DNA from: the human T2T-CHM13v2.0 reference genome, Homo sapiens
NCBI RefSeq assembly: GCF_009914755.1
Contig: NC_060936.1
DNA length: 64,000 bases
Direction: 5' to 3' (one strand)
Part shown: positions 1 to 15,858 of the stretch, one piece after another
How positions within the stretch are numbered: position 1 is the first letter of the stretch
Layout: the number at the start of each line of letters is the position of its first letter
Notes under the pieces: generated by a model
Databases searched by the model: none
Told to the model about the DNA's origin: nothing
What the model saw: the letters and a program-made list of their open reading frames with translations, nothing else
Made by a program: the position numbers and the translations under genes

Positions 1-1
1 C

Positions 2-140
2 CCTCCCATCTCCTCTATCGGTGGAGCATCAGCTCTGCGATCACTGAAGTCTTTCAGGCTCTCGCTTCCTCTGATTCCACCTCGCAGCCAGTAAATGTCC
101 ACACCAAGGAGGATATGAAAGTACAAGACATAGCCCTGGT
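2..140 (+). pseudogene. Crystallin motif remnant (domain junction)
   Basis: SIGGASALRSLKSF, then frameshift to QPVNVHTKEDMKVQ (cf. WGG..I.SLR / I.LY.+EDF+GQ). Confidence 0.5.
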
Positions 141-213
141 CCTTCCATCGAGGAAGTCAAGGAATGCATGCAGGACAACAACTAGTACTTGCAAGGCACT
201 TCTTATGCGCCAG

Positions 214-620
214 GTGAAATGCACATACAATTGACCATTTTAAAGTGAACAATCAGTGGCATTTTGTACATTCACAGTGTTGTGCAACCACTCCCTTTAC
301 ATAGTTCCCAAACATTTTCATCACCCCAAAATGAAATCTTGCACCCATGAAGCAGCCACTTCCCATTCTCCCCTCCACTCGGCCCCTGGAAACCACCAAT
401 CTGCTTTCTGTTTCCATAGATTTACCTATTCTGGATATTTCATATAAATTGAATTACATAATATGTGACCTGTGTCTGGCTTCTTTCACTTCACATAATG
501 CTTTTGCGGTTTAACCACATGGTGCCATGCATCAGTTCTGCATTCCTTTTTCTGGCTGCGTAATACTCCATTGTTTGTACATACCACAATTTGTTTATCC
601 ATTTATCCATCTATGGACAC
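214..620 (-). mobile_element. L1M (L1MB-like) 3' fragment inside a MIR
   Basis: Typical L1MB 3' UTR text (cattcacagtgttgtgcaacc..gtaatactccattg); MIR pieces on both sides. Confidence 0.75.
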
Positions 621-1023
621 AATACATTTCAAGGACACTTGAAATATATTAACTCATTGAATTCTCTCCACAGAGACAGATGCAGTATTTTCCATAAATT
701 TATAAAGTAGAAACTGAGGCACAAGTCACATGCCTAAGATCACATAGCTATTAAGCAGAATAAGGACTCCAGCCCAGATAGCCCAGTACCAAAGGTCTTC
801 CTGGTAACCACTACTCTCTACTATCTCACAGAGAACAACCCCAAATAGCACAACATGGGGGCTAAGCTGTCTAGTGGAGCTTCAAATGCTGTGTGTTTCA
901 GAGAATGGGGAGGTCCCTGGGCTGTCACGGAAGCTTCCTGGAGAAGCAGGATCATGTAAAGTCTAACTTGGGGCAGGTCAGGGTGATGTGAGTGACCAAC
1001 TCACTCAGAACACAGCCATTCAT

Positions 1024-1515
1024 GGGTGTTCAGTAAAACTGGCTCTAGAACCAGCGATGACTTCAGCTCAAGGATCCCACAAGGGAAAGTGCTTGTCTTT
1101 CCCTGCACAGCATACAGCTCTTTCGGCAGAGTTCTGGACCCAAGCTTCTTTCAAATACGTTACAAACAGCAAAAGAAGCTGGCTGTTCCTTCTGTCTGTC
1201 TGCATCTGTCTAATGGTTTAGAGAGTGGGACATTTCCATCCTCCTTTCTCCGAGCATCCTTGAAAGCCTTCCCAAAAAGCAATGCACTTTGGAGAAATGT
1301 AATGCTGGAGAGGAAAGTGGTGTTCAGGAGAGGGGAGTCTGTTCCAGGAACTGGTACACAAGAGCTAGAGGTTGGGTGGGGTAGGGAACTTCTTAAACTA
1401 AGTTCTCGGCCTTGTTTCCAGTGTTCTTCCTGTAGATCAGGGCTGAGGACACCCTGCTGCATGCTCTTCATCCCTTCACCAGAATTCCTAAAGTCCATAC
1501 TCATGGATCCTGGGA
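1024..1515 (+). pseudogene. Crystallin domain remnants within ORFs 988..1221 and 1026..1676
   Basis: SVKLALEPAM..GKCLSF..SFKYVTNSKRSWLF; LESGTFPS..LKAF; LKLSSRPCFQC..FLKSILMDPG. Confidence 0.65.
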
Positions 1516-1904
1516 AATCAAGAAGGCCAGGGGATGCTGGCAAGCCTAGGCAAGACTGCCCGGGGCCAACCCTGCAGCCTTCATTCCCCAGGCCCACTCA
1601 GCCCAGCTGGCCAGCAAAGGCAGTCATGGCCTCCATGTCCACACATGAGAATGACCTGCAGCTGTTCTTTGTCTAGGCTGGGGTCAAGGATTCCCACTGC
1701 AGCTTGAGGGGTGAGGATAAAAGTCTACAATCCAGCTCCTAGGAAATCTTTAAAATTTAGGTCTGGGATGAGCCTGTCGGTAGTACATTAGGTAGAGAAC
1801 TTTTATGAAGTTAAGGGTAAACTGGCTGGGCTGGGTCTAGAACTGGGAATGGTGCCTAGCAGCACATTTTTGAGAACATGCAGCCAGGTTTGGTATGTCA
1901 TGGA

Positions 1905-2205
1905 GTGTGTGTGTGTGCACGCACGTGAGTGTGTGAGTGTGTGTGTGTGAGAGTGTGTGTGTGAGAGAGTGTATGTGAGAGATTGCATGTGTCATGTGTG
2001 AGTGTGTGATGTGTATGAGTGTGTGTGGGAGTGTGTGTGCATGTGTGAGTGTTGAATGAGTGTGTGAGTGTGAGTGTGAGTGTGAGCGTGTGAGCATGTG
2101 TGAGTGTGTGTGAGTGTGTGCATGTGTTGAATGAGTGTGTGAGTGTGAGTGTGTGTGAGTGAGTGAGTGTGAGAGTGTGTGTGAGAGAGAGAGTGTGTGC
2201 GTGTG
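1905..2205. repeat. Compound (TG)n/(TGAG)n microsatellite
   Basis: Directly visible; explains the His/Thr-rich ORFs. Confidence 0.95.
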
Positions 2206-2559
2206 TCTTTGGATACACAGACATCCTGGAGCATATGCACATTTCCTTTCTCGTTCAAATAAACCCTACAGATAACAAAGCGCTTTAACATCCGGTCTCT
2301 GCAGCCTTCCAGAGGAGGCAAGGCAAGCACTATTAAGCCCACTACAAACAAATCAGCTGAAGCCCCCCTCAGTGTCTTGCCCAGGGTCACAGGAAGAATG
2401 AGTGGCAGAGCCCCGAGCCTGTGTGCTCCCTTCTGTGCCGGGCTGCTTCTCCTGGGCATGGCTGTGCCTTGTGCATGGGACATTTCTCCTTTGATGTGCC
2501 CTGGGTGCCTTAAGCAACTTAGATATTGCTCAGGTAGGGTGAGGGGAAAATGTATTTTC

Positions 2560-2906
2560 AGGTTGTATTATTCAAAACAAAATAATATAGACTAAATGAC
2601 TTTGAAAACATATTTATTTCTTACAATACTGGAGGTTTGAAGTCCAAGTTCAAAGTGTCAGCTAGATTGGTTCCTGGTGAGGGCTCTCCTCCTGGTTTGC
2701 AGGCAGCCACTTTCTCTTTGCATCCTCACCTGGTGGAAGAGAGAGACAGTGTTCTCTTTTCTTACCAGATCCATCATGAGGGCCCCACCCCATGACTTCA
2801 TGTAACCCTAATTACCTACCAAAGGCCCATCTCCAAATACCAAACACATTGGTTGTTAAGCTTCGACAAAGGAATTTGGGGAGGACACAAACATTCGTCT
2901 ACAGCA
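2560..2906 (-). mobile_element. MaLR LTR (MLT1A-like)
   Basis: Reverse complement begins tgctgtagacgaatgtttgtgtcc; MLT1 motifs. Confidence 0.75.
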
Positions 2907-3066
2907 TGGGTGGAAACCCATTTCTTCCTCACCGTCTGTATGGATTGCACGCTGCAGCCATCGAGACAGTGGGCATGTTCTCCTTACAACTCGATCTGAC
3001 TCCCCTAGAAGAGGGGGCAGGGAAGGAGGGCAAAGCTGGGAGAGATGAAGAATATTAAGAAGAGAA

Positions 3067-3308
3067 TAGGGTAGCCAGATTTAGCAAATAAAAATATAAA
3101 ATGCCTAGTTCTGAATTTAAAATATAAAATGCCTAATTCTGAATTTCAGATAAAGAACAAATAATTTTTTAGTGTAAGTATGTCCCAAACTAAGCATGGC
3201 AAAGGACATGTTTATGCTAAAAAATTATGTATTATATAATAATAAATTATTATTATTTTCTGCAAGTCACATTAACTGGGCATCCTGTATTTTTATCTGG
3301 CAACCCTA
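3067..3308. mobile_element. MER33-like hAT DNA transposon
   Basis: Terminal inverted repeats tagggtagccagat / atctggcaacccta. Confidence 0.8.
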
Positions 3309-3419
3309 AAAGAGAAGGGCCAAAAACTGTTGAGAAAAGTCAGTGGATTCCAGGAGGGACTATTGCTGGATTTCTGGACTGATGCTCGCTTTATAATACT
3401 TAACTGTTTTTAGCCCCTT

Positions 3420-3797
<378 letters not shown>

Positions 3798-4947
3798 AAA
3801 CTTCTATTTTTAAAAGCCATGGTCTCTTTAGGTGTTCTCTATCACTCTAAGTCAAAACTATTCCTTAAACATACAGGGCTCGAAGTGTTGATCTCCTGGA
3901 GAGCCTGGTCACCTCCAAGCCATAGGGCTTACAGTAGGCTGTCTTCAAACAAGCAAGGAAGTAATAGGCTTTCTACCGCAACTCAGATCTAGGTTTCAGG
4001 ACTCATTCTAGGGACAGCTGCAACTGCCAAGTAGACTATGAGGAAACTTTCTCAGTGTTCTAGAAAAAAAAAAATGGAGGAGAAGGTGGGGAGGGGGAAG
4101 GAGAAAGAGAGTTAAAACAAAACAAAGAGAGAGACGGAGAAAATTAATGATTATATCAGGCCTCTCCCAACTCCCTCCTCTTTCCCTGGAGCACAGGACT
4201 AAATGTTAAGAAGAGAAGGATGAGATTTCTACCATAACTGAGGAAAACTACAAAACATGAGAGTCTGAAGAGACAATAAGGAAGATAGAGGCCAATCCTG
4301 TAATTTTTCAGATGAAGAAAGTAAGGCCCAGGGAGAAGAAATTACTGTATTCAGATCACACAGTTATAAGGATTCGAGCCAATACTGGATCTTAACCCAG
4401 TGTTTACTATTCTGTGCAGTGTTCCATTATTCGTGGATTGCTAACAATGAAAGAAAGCATAGAAATGATATAGTTCAACCTCCTTATTTTAAAATAAGAA
4501 AAGATATATTGAGAGAGGTCAAATAATTTGCTCAAAGTCACAGTTGGCTTTTTGCTACCAATCCAAGCTTCTTTTCCCTAGTCTTTGCATATACACACAA
4601 CAATGTTTTGAATAATTTCAAAATTATTTCAAAAATTAACCCAGAGTAAATGTACTTATTCAGGAAAGTAGTGGAAATAGGAAATATAGCAAACATAAAA
4701 ACACCTCACCCCTATGACTCAATTTATACTGGTCCATGAACAGTTAACAGTTTTCAACACTTAACACTTCTCTTCCCGTGCTAGCTGGCAGCCAGAGTTA
4801 TTCTGCAAAACTGTGTTTCCAAGTCCTCAAGAGGAATACATGTGTAAGTGTGCTTTAAATTTGCAAATGTTTTATCTTTGAGATCCTTAAACAGTAACAC
4901 TATTAATCTTCATCTTCAAGCTGCTAAGTTTGTTATGATATGTTTAT

Positions 4948-4980
<33 letters not shown>

Positions 4981-5367
4981 TACGCAGAACTTTTTTTGGC
5001 TGGTCATGTGACTCCTAGAACTGTATCCTTCCATCCACTATGCATTTCCCTATGTAAATAATATTAGCTTTCACTGGTGATGGCAACAAGACAGAAGGAA
5101 TGAGGTCAAGGAGGAAATAAATTTGGATAGAAAGAAGCCGTCAAAACCCTGTGAATAAAATTCACAAGCGAGTTTCGGTGACTCATAAGAGCACAGAGAG
5201 GAGACACAGGGATTATTCAGGAGCAGGTTCCTGTAGGGTAGCAGGAGCTGCACAGCAGGAGTGTGGAGGGGCACAGGTCAGCACCAGGATGCACCAAGGG
5301 CACCTGGGAAGTGCTGAGGGCCAGGCCACACTTAACTCGGGTCTGTGCCCTGCAGTGGGAAGAAGCC

Positions 5368-5895
5368 TCAGAGTATTTTCATCCTGCGAATCTCCTCTGT
5401 GCAAGAAAAGACCAGTTGATGTCCTTGAAAACTTTCCTATTTGACCAGTTCATTCTTATTTCAAAATTTTATATTATTATATTTTTTAGAGACAGGGTCT
5501 CGCTATGTTGCCCAGGCTGGACTCGAACTCCTGAGCTCAGTGAGACTCCCACCTCAGCCTCCTGAGTTGCTACCATGCCCAGCTTGCCCAGTTCATTTTT
5601 AATGAGGCCAAACACATTGGTCATGCAGCTCACAAACAAAAGGGAATGTCTGTAGTTCTGGTCAGTCACAAACTCATTGTACTTTACAGAGAAAACTCCA
5701 TGCAGAATGTTGAAATATCATCCTCTAAAGGTTGACTCTAAGTATACAGAAGCAGTGTAGGGGCACAGACAGCTCAGTTGAGCACTCAGCACATCAAACA
5801 AGAAAGCATGTGGTGGTTTCCCTCTACCCAGAGCAGGGTCTGATACGGAGGAGCAAGCCTGGACTTTGTCCTTGGGCAAATTGCCCCATTAGGGG
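5368..5895 (+). pseudogene. Crystallin domain remnants either side of an Alu fragment
   Basis: LRVFSS..KRPVDVLENFP; HKLIVLYRENSMQNVEIS (5667); SLYPEQGLIRR; QAWTLSLGKLPH*G. Confidence 0.65.
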
Positions 5896-6688
5896 AGGAA
5901 GGAGCCCACTCTCCAGACTTTCTGGTTTGAAGCAGTACCTGGGTCTGAGCAGAGTGAGGAACACTTCCTGCTACAGCCAAACTAGACTAGCCTGGGCCCT
6001 GAGATCCATGACCTCACATGTGCCTTTTTCTCCAGGCACACTGGAAAGCTTAGTCCCCCCGCCCCCGTGACTGTCTGTTCCCGAGATAGTCCCTTTGCAT
6101 GGAGAATCCGTGCCCATCCCACCCACCCCCACACCATAAAAAGTCAATGTTAGAAGGTTTGAATGGATTTAGTGATCATGCACTCCAACCCTGCCTATCT
6201 GTTCATCAAAGTCCACTTCAAATACCACTTTATAAAGACATTGTGGTTCTTCTGTCTCCCAATTCATTATTACTTTGGTGCTCTGTTATGGTATACATCA
6301 CATTCAGTCTTGTATTAGAGTTGTTTGTGTACATATTTTCTGCCCTCACTCCAAGGCCAGCTTAAAACTTATAAATCTTAAAATATTTTGGCCTCCTAAA
6401 AATTAAACAGTATCATTCATAGTTTCCACTATTAAATATTTTATGCTTTTGGAATAAAATATGTCATTCTTCACCCCCTCTCCCAAAAACCCCAAAACTT
6501 TGTTCCTCTGCTTTTCTAGTTTCCCGTGTGCTGCTTAGTGGGTTTTCCAGCAGCCCTGGTCCCAAGCACATGAGGGACTGTTAGCATTTTCAAGACAAAA
6601 GTATCCTTAACTCCTCTTCATGAGCCTGCGAAGATTAAACACGGAGCTCAGAACACAGTATGAACACAATAAATGTATGATGAAATGA

Positions 6689-7020
6689 ATAGGGCTAGCA
6701 TTAACTAATGAGAGCTCCTCAATGATGAGCAAGAAGAAGGTGAAATCATGCCATCCAAGGCTTCCCAGTGCCCCTGGAGACCACACAGCCCCTTTACACA
6801 GGAAATGACGTGATTCCTGATAAGCAAGCAGTACACACTGCACAGCTTCCTTCCCTTCCTCCCCCTGCCACTCAGCACCTTTGGCAAATAGCGGCCTGCC
6901 TTCAGCCTTCATTAGGAAAGCCTTCATTAGGCCTGCCTTCTTCTCTTCATTCATGAGAGAGTGGCATTAACAGTGCACAAACTAATGCTTCTTCAAATTT
7001 TTCTGGGGTCTGCTGCTGCT
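6689..7020 (+). pseudogene. Crystallin domain remnant
   Basis: LALTNESSSM..KVKSCH / CPWRPH..KQYTL; HKLML[fs]SNFSGVC (6976). Confidence 0.6.
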
Positions 7021-7439
7021 ACTGCTAAAATCCACTTGCCTTCGGACACAGTTTCTCAAATGGCTTAAAAGCTTCTCTGCTTTTGATCCCTGCAGCATCA
7101 CTTTCTACTCCCTCAATCAGAAACCAGAAGCTACCCACCCCTATTTCCTGTGTTCATGATAGTAGAAAGCAACAGAGAACAGTTGGCCCCTGAGCTGCCA
7201 GGTTGTGGGCTGGGTAGGGAGGATCCATTGCAGGAGCATTGGAAAGCCTTGAGCACTCTGCCCTGCCTGTCCACACAGCAGCACCTTCACAGCCTTCTAG
7301 TAGTTCTGATCAGATTTCTGCCTCTTAAAGCGGCCCCACAGACTAAAAGCCATCATCTGGAATTTGGAGTAAAAGGGCCCACAGGAAATGAAGCACTCTA
7401 AGAAAATTCAGCTGGGCAGGTATTTTAAGGTCACTGACT

Positions 7440-7640
7440 GACTCCAAAGTGAAGGTAGAACCCATATTGACCGCAATTCATCACACTTCTGTAACTTCAG
7501 AACTCACTGCTGACTGGTGGAGAAGGTTGCAATTGCATTCAGTCCGAATCTCTGAACATATTATTTAGAAATATTAGCTTATCCAGCTGCCTACGGAGCT
7601 TCCCATCTGGGCTTTCAGTTGCTACATTCTCTAAAGCCGT
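7440..7640 (+). pseudogene. Near-complete crystallin domain in one frame
   Basis: EPILTAI..SELTAD..LQLHSVRIS..Y*LIQLP..CYIL*. Confidence 0.65.
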
Positions 7641-7687
7641 ATCTGACCCACACCTTACTAACACTATGTGCTTCTACAGCATTCACC

Positions 7688-7774
7688 CAGTGTTACAGCT
7701 CTTTTAGAATCTGTCTAGCAGGTTTTCCAGTCTTCACTGGAAAGCCCTTGCCCCCAAATATAAAAAAATAATAA
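7688..7774 (+). pseudogene. U7 snRNA processed pseudogene
   Basis: cagtgttacagctcttttagaat..ggaaagccc matches U7; A-rich tail; TSD gcattcacc at 7679 and 7776. Confidence 0.9.
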
Positions 7775-7949
7775 GGCATTCACCCCTGAACTTTAGCAGG
7801 GCTTCCAATCGCCTTTAAGCACTCATTTAAAAGAAAAGTCTTTTATTCCCTTATAATAGTATTAAATCATTAGCAAATGATTCTCAAAACTATTTTTTGA
7901 GTGCTCTCTTCTGTGTGAGAATGTAGGAAATGATGACCAAGTATACGAA

Positions 7950-8178
7950 GTTGGACATGCCTAGTCCCAGGTGGCCTTTTCCTATTGGCACAGCTGCTGG
8001 CATTCACCCGTGCAAGCTTCTAGCTTGCTTGTCTATGTCTGCAGCTTGATTTTACAGGCTGCTCATTGTTAGAAAAGAAAACGATTTGAGGGCTGCTTTT
8101 CATTAAAAGGAAAACCTTACTGAGGACTTCCTTACCCTCACTATCTGCCTAAATAATTTCTTCTTAACTCCTATATCA
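7950..8178 (+). mobile_element. ERV1 LTR 3' fragment (MER4-group-like)
   Basis: Ends tgcctaaataatttcttcttaactcctatatca. Confidence 0.6.
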
Positions 8179-8319
8179 CTTATAAGAGGAGAAAGCAGAC
8201 ACACAGGGGGAACTCAGTGTGACAGCACAGGCGGAGCCTGGAGGGATGCCCAGGAATGCCAAAGAGACGCACAGACTGGTTTCTCTCTCACAGCCCCCAG
8301 AAAAACCTAACCCTGCCAG

Positions 8320-9601
8320 TGAGAGGTGACAGCGTGCTGGCAGTCCTCACAGCCCTGCTCGCTCTCGGCGCCTCCTCTGCCTGGGCTCCCACTTTGGCGG
8401 CACTTGAGGAGCCCTTTAGCCCACCGCTGCACTGTGGGAGCCCCTTGCTGGGCTGGCCAAGGCCGGAGCCGGCTCCCTCAGCTTGCAGGGAGGTGTGGAG
8501 GGAGAGGCGCGGGCGGGAACAGGGGCTGCGCGCGGTGCTTCCGGGCCAGCGCGAGTTCCGGGTGGGCGTGGGCTCAGCGGACCCAGCACTCGGAGCGGCA
8601 GGCCGGCCCCACCAGCCCGAGCAGTGAAGGGCTTATCACCTGGGCCAGCAGCTGCTGTGCTCAATTTCTCGCCAGGCTTTAGCTGCCTTCCCGCGGGGCA
8701 GGGCTCGGGACCTGCAGCCCGCCATGCCTGAGCCTCCCCCACCTCCGTGGGCTCCTGTGCAGCCGGAGTCTCCCCGACAAGCGCCACCCCCTGCTCCGCG
8801 GAGCCCAGTCCCATCGACCACCCAAGGGCTGAGGAGTGCAGGCACACGGCACCGCACTGGCAGGCAGCTCCACCTGCAGCCCCGGTGGGGGATCCACTGG
8901 GTGAAGCCAGCTGGGCTCCTGAGTCTGGTGGGGACGTGGAGAACCTTTATGTGTAGCTCAGGGATTGTAAATACACCAATGGGCACTCTGTATCTAGCTC
9001 AAGGTTTGTAAACACACCAATCAGCACCCTGTGTCTAGCTCAGGGTTTGTGAATGCACCAATGGACACTCTGTATCTTGCTACTCTGGTGGGGACTTGGA
9101 GAACCTTTGTGTGGACACTCGGTATCTAGCTAGTTTGGTGGGGACGTGGAGAACCTTTGTGTCTAGCTCAGGGATTGTAAACGCACCAATCAGCGCCCTG
9201 TCAAAACAGACCATTGGCTCTACCAATCAGCAGGATGTGGGTTGGGCCAGATAAGAGAATATAAGCAGGCTGCCCGAGCCAGCAGTGGCAACGCGCTCGG
9301 GTCCCCTTCCACACTGTGGAGGCTTTGTCCTTTCGCTCTTTGCAATAACTCTTGCTACTGCTCACTCTTTGGGTTCACACTGCCTTTATGAGCTGTAACA
9401 CTCACCGCGAAGGTCTGCAGCTTCACTCCTGAAGCCAGCGAGACCACGAACCCACCAGAAGGAAGAAACTCCAAACACATCTGAACATCAGAAGGAACAA
9501 ACTCCGGACACGCCGCCTTTAAGAACTGTAACACTCACGCGAGGGTCCGCGGCTTCATTCTTGAAGTCGGTGAGACCAAGAACCCACCGATTCCGGACAC
9601 A
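8320..9601 (+). mobile_element. LTR12 (LTR12C-like, ERV9) solo LTR inserted in an MLT1 LTR
   Basis: tgagaggtgacagc..ccggacaca ends; CCAG TSD; CpG-rich 5' half; tandem CCAAT units; MLT1 halves at ~8180-8319 and ~9602-9715. Confidence 0.93.
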
Positions 9602-9884
9602 CCAGCACCCGGATCTCAGACCTCTGGCCTCCGGAACTGTGAGAGAGTAACTTTCTGCTGTTTTAAGATACCCAGCTTGTGGTCATTTATTACAGCAGCC
9701 CTAGCAAACGAACCCAGTGTGGTTTGCAACTTCAGTTATAGCATCTACCATCAGCCCAATTCAAAAGACCATTTATTTAATCAGCAACGTTTCCCCCGTC
9801 ACTCCTTATGGGGCAGTATCCACTGTAGGCTACTGATTCTACTTAGTGCTTTAAGTCAGCGTTGCCAGAATCATACTGAAACAC

Positions 9885-9980
9885 ATACCTGGGGCTTCTA
9901 GGGCATCTCCTAGTCAGCCTTGTCAAAATCAACAGTTTTGAAAATACGCTCTATGGCAGTCCTGAATTCCACAGGGGTGG
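9885..9980 (+). pseudogene. Crystallin motif remnant
   Basis: TWGF*; TLYGSPEFHR at 9946 (AGG is one change from Gly). Confidence 0.5.
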
Positions 9981-10769
9981 AATTCAGAGCCGCTCTCCTC
10001 TTGTTTGTCGTATTTTATAAAATGGATATTTAATTCTGTTTCACTATTTGCTTTCATTACTAAAATTTCCCAAAATACATGAAAATAGAGGGTACTCGAA
10101 AAACCCAACTTTAAATAAAATAACCGTGAGTATTCTGCCATACTTGTTTCTGTGTTAATATAAGAATTTATTTGAAGAGTTCTGCTATAATGTTTTTAAA
10201 TACTGGTTTCAATAACTCTCTTCCAATACAGATTACACTTTGTTAGCTCCAATAATTGCTGCATGGTGAATTTAGTCTATTGAAAAGGAAGTGTCAGGTC
10301 TGAGTGCCAATTATTGTACTTGACCCAAGGTAACTCTCTTTCAAGGTACTGCGTTGGGTTCCCACTGAATTATTTTACCACATTCGAAATCCTTCATCAG
10401 AAATTCAATGTCTTTTATTATGATACATGAAATGATCTAATAAATCTCACTGCACACTGTTACTTTGATTTCTCCAATGAACCACACCTCTCAGAATGCA
10501 CGCCCTTGTATAGTCCCCTCTCATGGTGACAGCAGGCTTAGCCTTGTGACTAGCTTTGACAATGGGGATATTAGCAAGCATGATGCAAGTGGATTCTGAT
10601 AAGCTTGATGCTGTATTTATTTGCTTTGGCTGCCATAATAAATGATCACAAACTGGGTATCTTAAAACAGCTCCTTTTTCAGATGTTTCTCCACATTCTT
10701 CCAAGGCAAAAAGAAAAGAAAAAGAAATACACACAGACACATACATATATGTTTCAGTTCAATAAGTTT

Positions 10770-11090
10770 TTGTTGTGTTTTGTTTTGTTTTGTTTCAGAC
10801 AGAGTCTTGCTCTGTCGCCCAGGCTGGAGTGATGAGGCGCGATCATCACTCCACCTGGGCTCACTGCACCTCCGCCTCCCGGGTTCAAGCGATTCTCCTG
10901 CTTCAGCCTCCTGAGCAGCTGGGATTACAGGTGAGTGCCACCATGCCCAGCTAATTTTTGTATTTTTCTTAGTAGAGACAGGGTTTCACCATTGTTCGTC
11001 AGGCTGGTCTCGAACTCCTGACCTCATGATCCACCCACCTCGGCCTCCCAAAGTGCTGGGATTACAGGCGTGAGCCACCGCGCCCAGCCT
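10770..11090 (-). mobile_element. AluS-like
   Basis: Alu consensus. Confidence 0.9.
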
Positions 11091-11740
11091 CAATAAGTAT
11101 TTATTAAGTGTATAACACATGGCAGAAACTGTGCTAGATACTGAAACTATAATGGCAAAAATCAATTCCTGTCCTCTGAATTGGTTACCTAGTAGAGAAG
11201 ACAGACATGTAAACAAATATAGTGGAGAGTGACATAGGCAATAATAAAACTATGTATAAGAAATCCAATTAGTATGGATAATTAACAACTAATGGTTGGA
11301 AAGAAGTGTCAAAAAAAGCTTCTTAGATACAGTGACACCTGAGCAGGATTTCTAAGGGTGCACTGGGGAAAGAGGTTCATAAATCAAGGGAGCATCATAC
11401 TGAAATGGTAGTGATGGAACATGGTATATGCAGACAACTACAAAAATTCACTTCTACTGATAGTCCAAGGGAGGAAGGCATGAATATGAGAATGGAGGTA
11501 TGGACAGAGGCCAGGTCAGGGTAAGTTAGAGAGCTTACTTAACCTTGTAGAAAATGACGAGCCATTGGAGACTTTAAAGAGAAATAACATAGTCATATTC
11601 TTGTTGTGAAAGATCATCTGTGCTGCTATGTGCAGGACAGATTACCAGGAACAAAACCAGAAGCACCTGTTCAAGCCTGAATTCTAGTCACAGAAGTAAA
11701 GCTGAAGAGGAGAAAATGGATGTGAGCAATATCCAAAAGG
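11091..11740 (-). mobile_element. L2 fragment
   Basis: L2 3' end text reversed (taagtatttatt..tgtgctagatactg). Confidence 0.65.
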
Positions 11741-11779
11741 GAAAATAATAATATACACATAAGGAATAGGGAAGAGAAG

Positions 11780-14700
<2,921 letters not shown>

Positions 14701-15642
14701 GTACACTTTAAAAATCTATTAATAGGTTAAATAACATGAAATAATTGTTTTTTAATTCCTAATATTTGCCTAGGGAATACAACCAACCTCTTCATCACAT
14801 GAAGACATTTTTTTCATGCTTTTCCATGTTCCTGAAATGCCCTCCCCTAGGAGCTTCCTCCAATTTATCTACTCTTTCACATTCAAGAAGGTAATGGAGT
14901 TCCATCTTCCTCCATTAACTCCCCCATACTGAAATCTGCTATATCTTTCATTCATTTGAATCTTATTGTTACAGTACATACGATGGAAATCTATAATATT
15001 TTTATTGCTATAGTTATCATTTCAGTTGTTATGTTTTCTGCTTATTTTTGTATCAGAGTTGAATCAAGATGTTTAAGTCTCTGGAGAGTTAAGTATTTTG
15101 TAGGAGGAAGAATATCAAGGTTGTGGAAAAAAAAAAAAAAAAACCTTGTTGTGGCTGAGAAACTGGGCTGGAGTCAGGAGGCTGGTGATGGCCCCAGTTC
15201 TACCACTAACTAGCCATGTGCCTACGATGCTTCATTTCACCTCTTGAGATCTAAATTTCCCCGTACGTCAAAGCAAAGGTGAGGTCAATGTCATCTATGA
15301 AATGTTCTTGACTTTCAAATTATTTGAGTAGTGGCCGCTAGATGGAACCCGTGAACCCATATCCATACATGAGCATTTCAAGGAGAGGTGGTGCTGAAGC
15401 AGGAAGCCAAAAAGCCAGGGTGACAGATTATCCTGTGCTTCGTGCAACAAGGATAGTCTGTAGGAACAACAAGAGAAGTTGTCTCTCTCAGACAATGGTG
15501 TCCTAGCCTAGACATGTGGGCTAGGAAATTAGTGATCAGAGGAAATCAGACCAAAGCCAAAGTCAGAGACATTTTCTGTTCTCCTCTTCACTAAACCCCA
15601 AGGCTCTTTAGCATGAAGTATGCAGACCCTGTGTGATTTTCT

Positions 15643-15858
15643 GTGTTATCTAAAGTAAAACTTATTAGAGTTCCACGTATTTTTAACCAAATATGTTTAA
15701 TGAACGTTGTTCTGAGAGAAAGGGGATTCCAGTCGCTTCTGTCAGAGGCATTCAAGGATATGGAGAGAAATAGCTTTTTAGAATTTGAAAATAAAATTTC
15801 TATGAAATTGGTCAAAATGGATGAGAAGGAAAAAACCTCTCAAGCGGTAAGTAGGTAG
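15643..15858 (+). pseudogene. Crystallin motif remnant
   Basis: VVLRERG; LVKMDEKEKT, paralogous to VVKLTEKENT at 42438. Confidence 0.5.

Noticed and set aside
1803-2483. His/Thr-rich minus-strand ORFs
   Set aside because: Translation of the TG/TGAG microsatellite.
8256-9011. GC-rich overlapping ORFs and CpG-island-like region
   Set aside because: Entirely LTR12 sequence.
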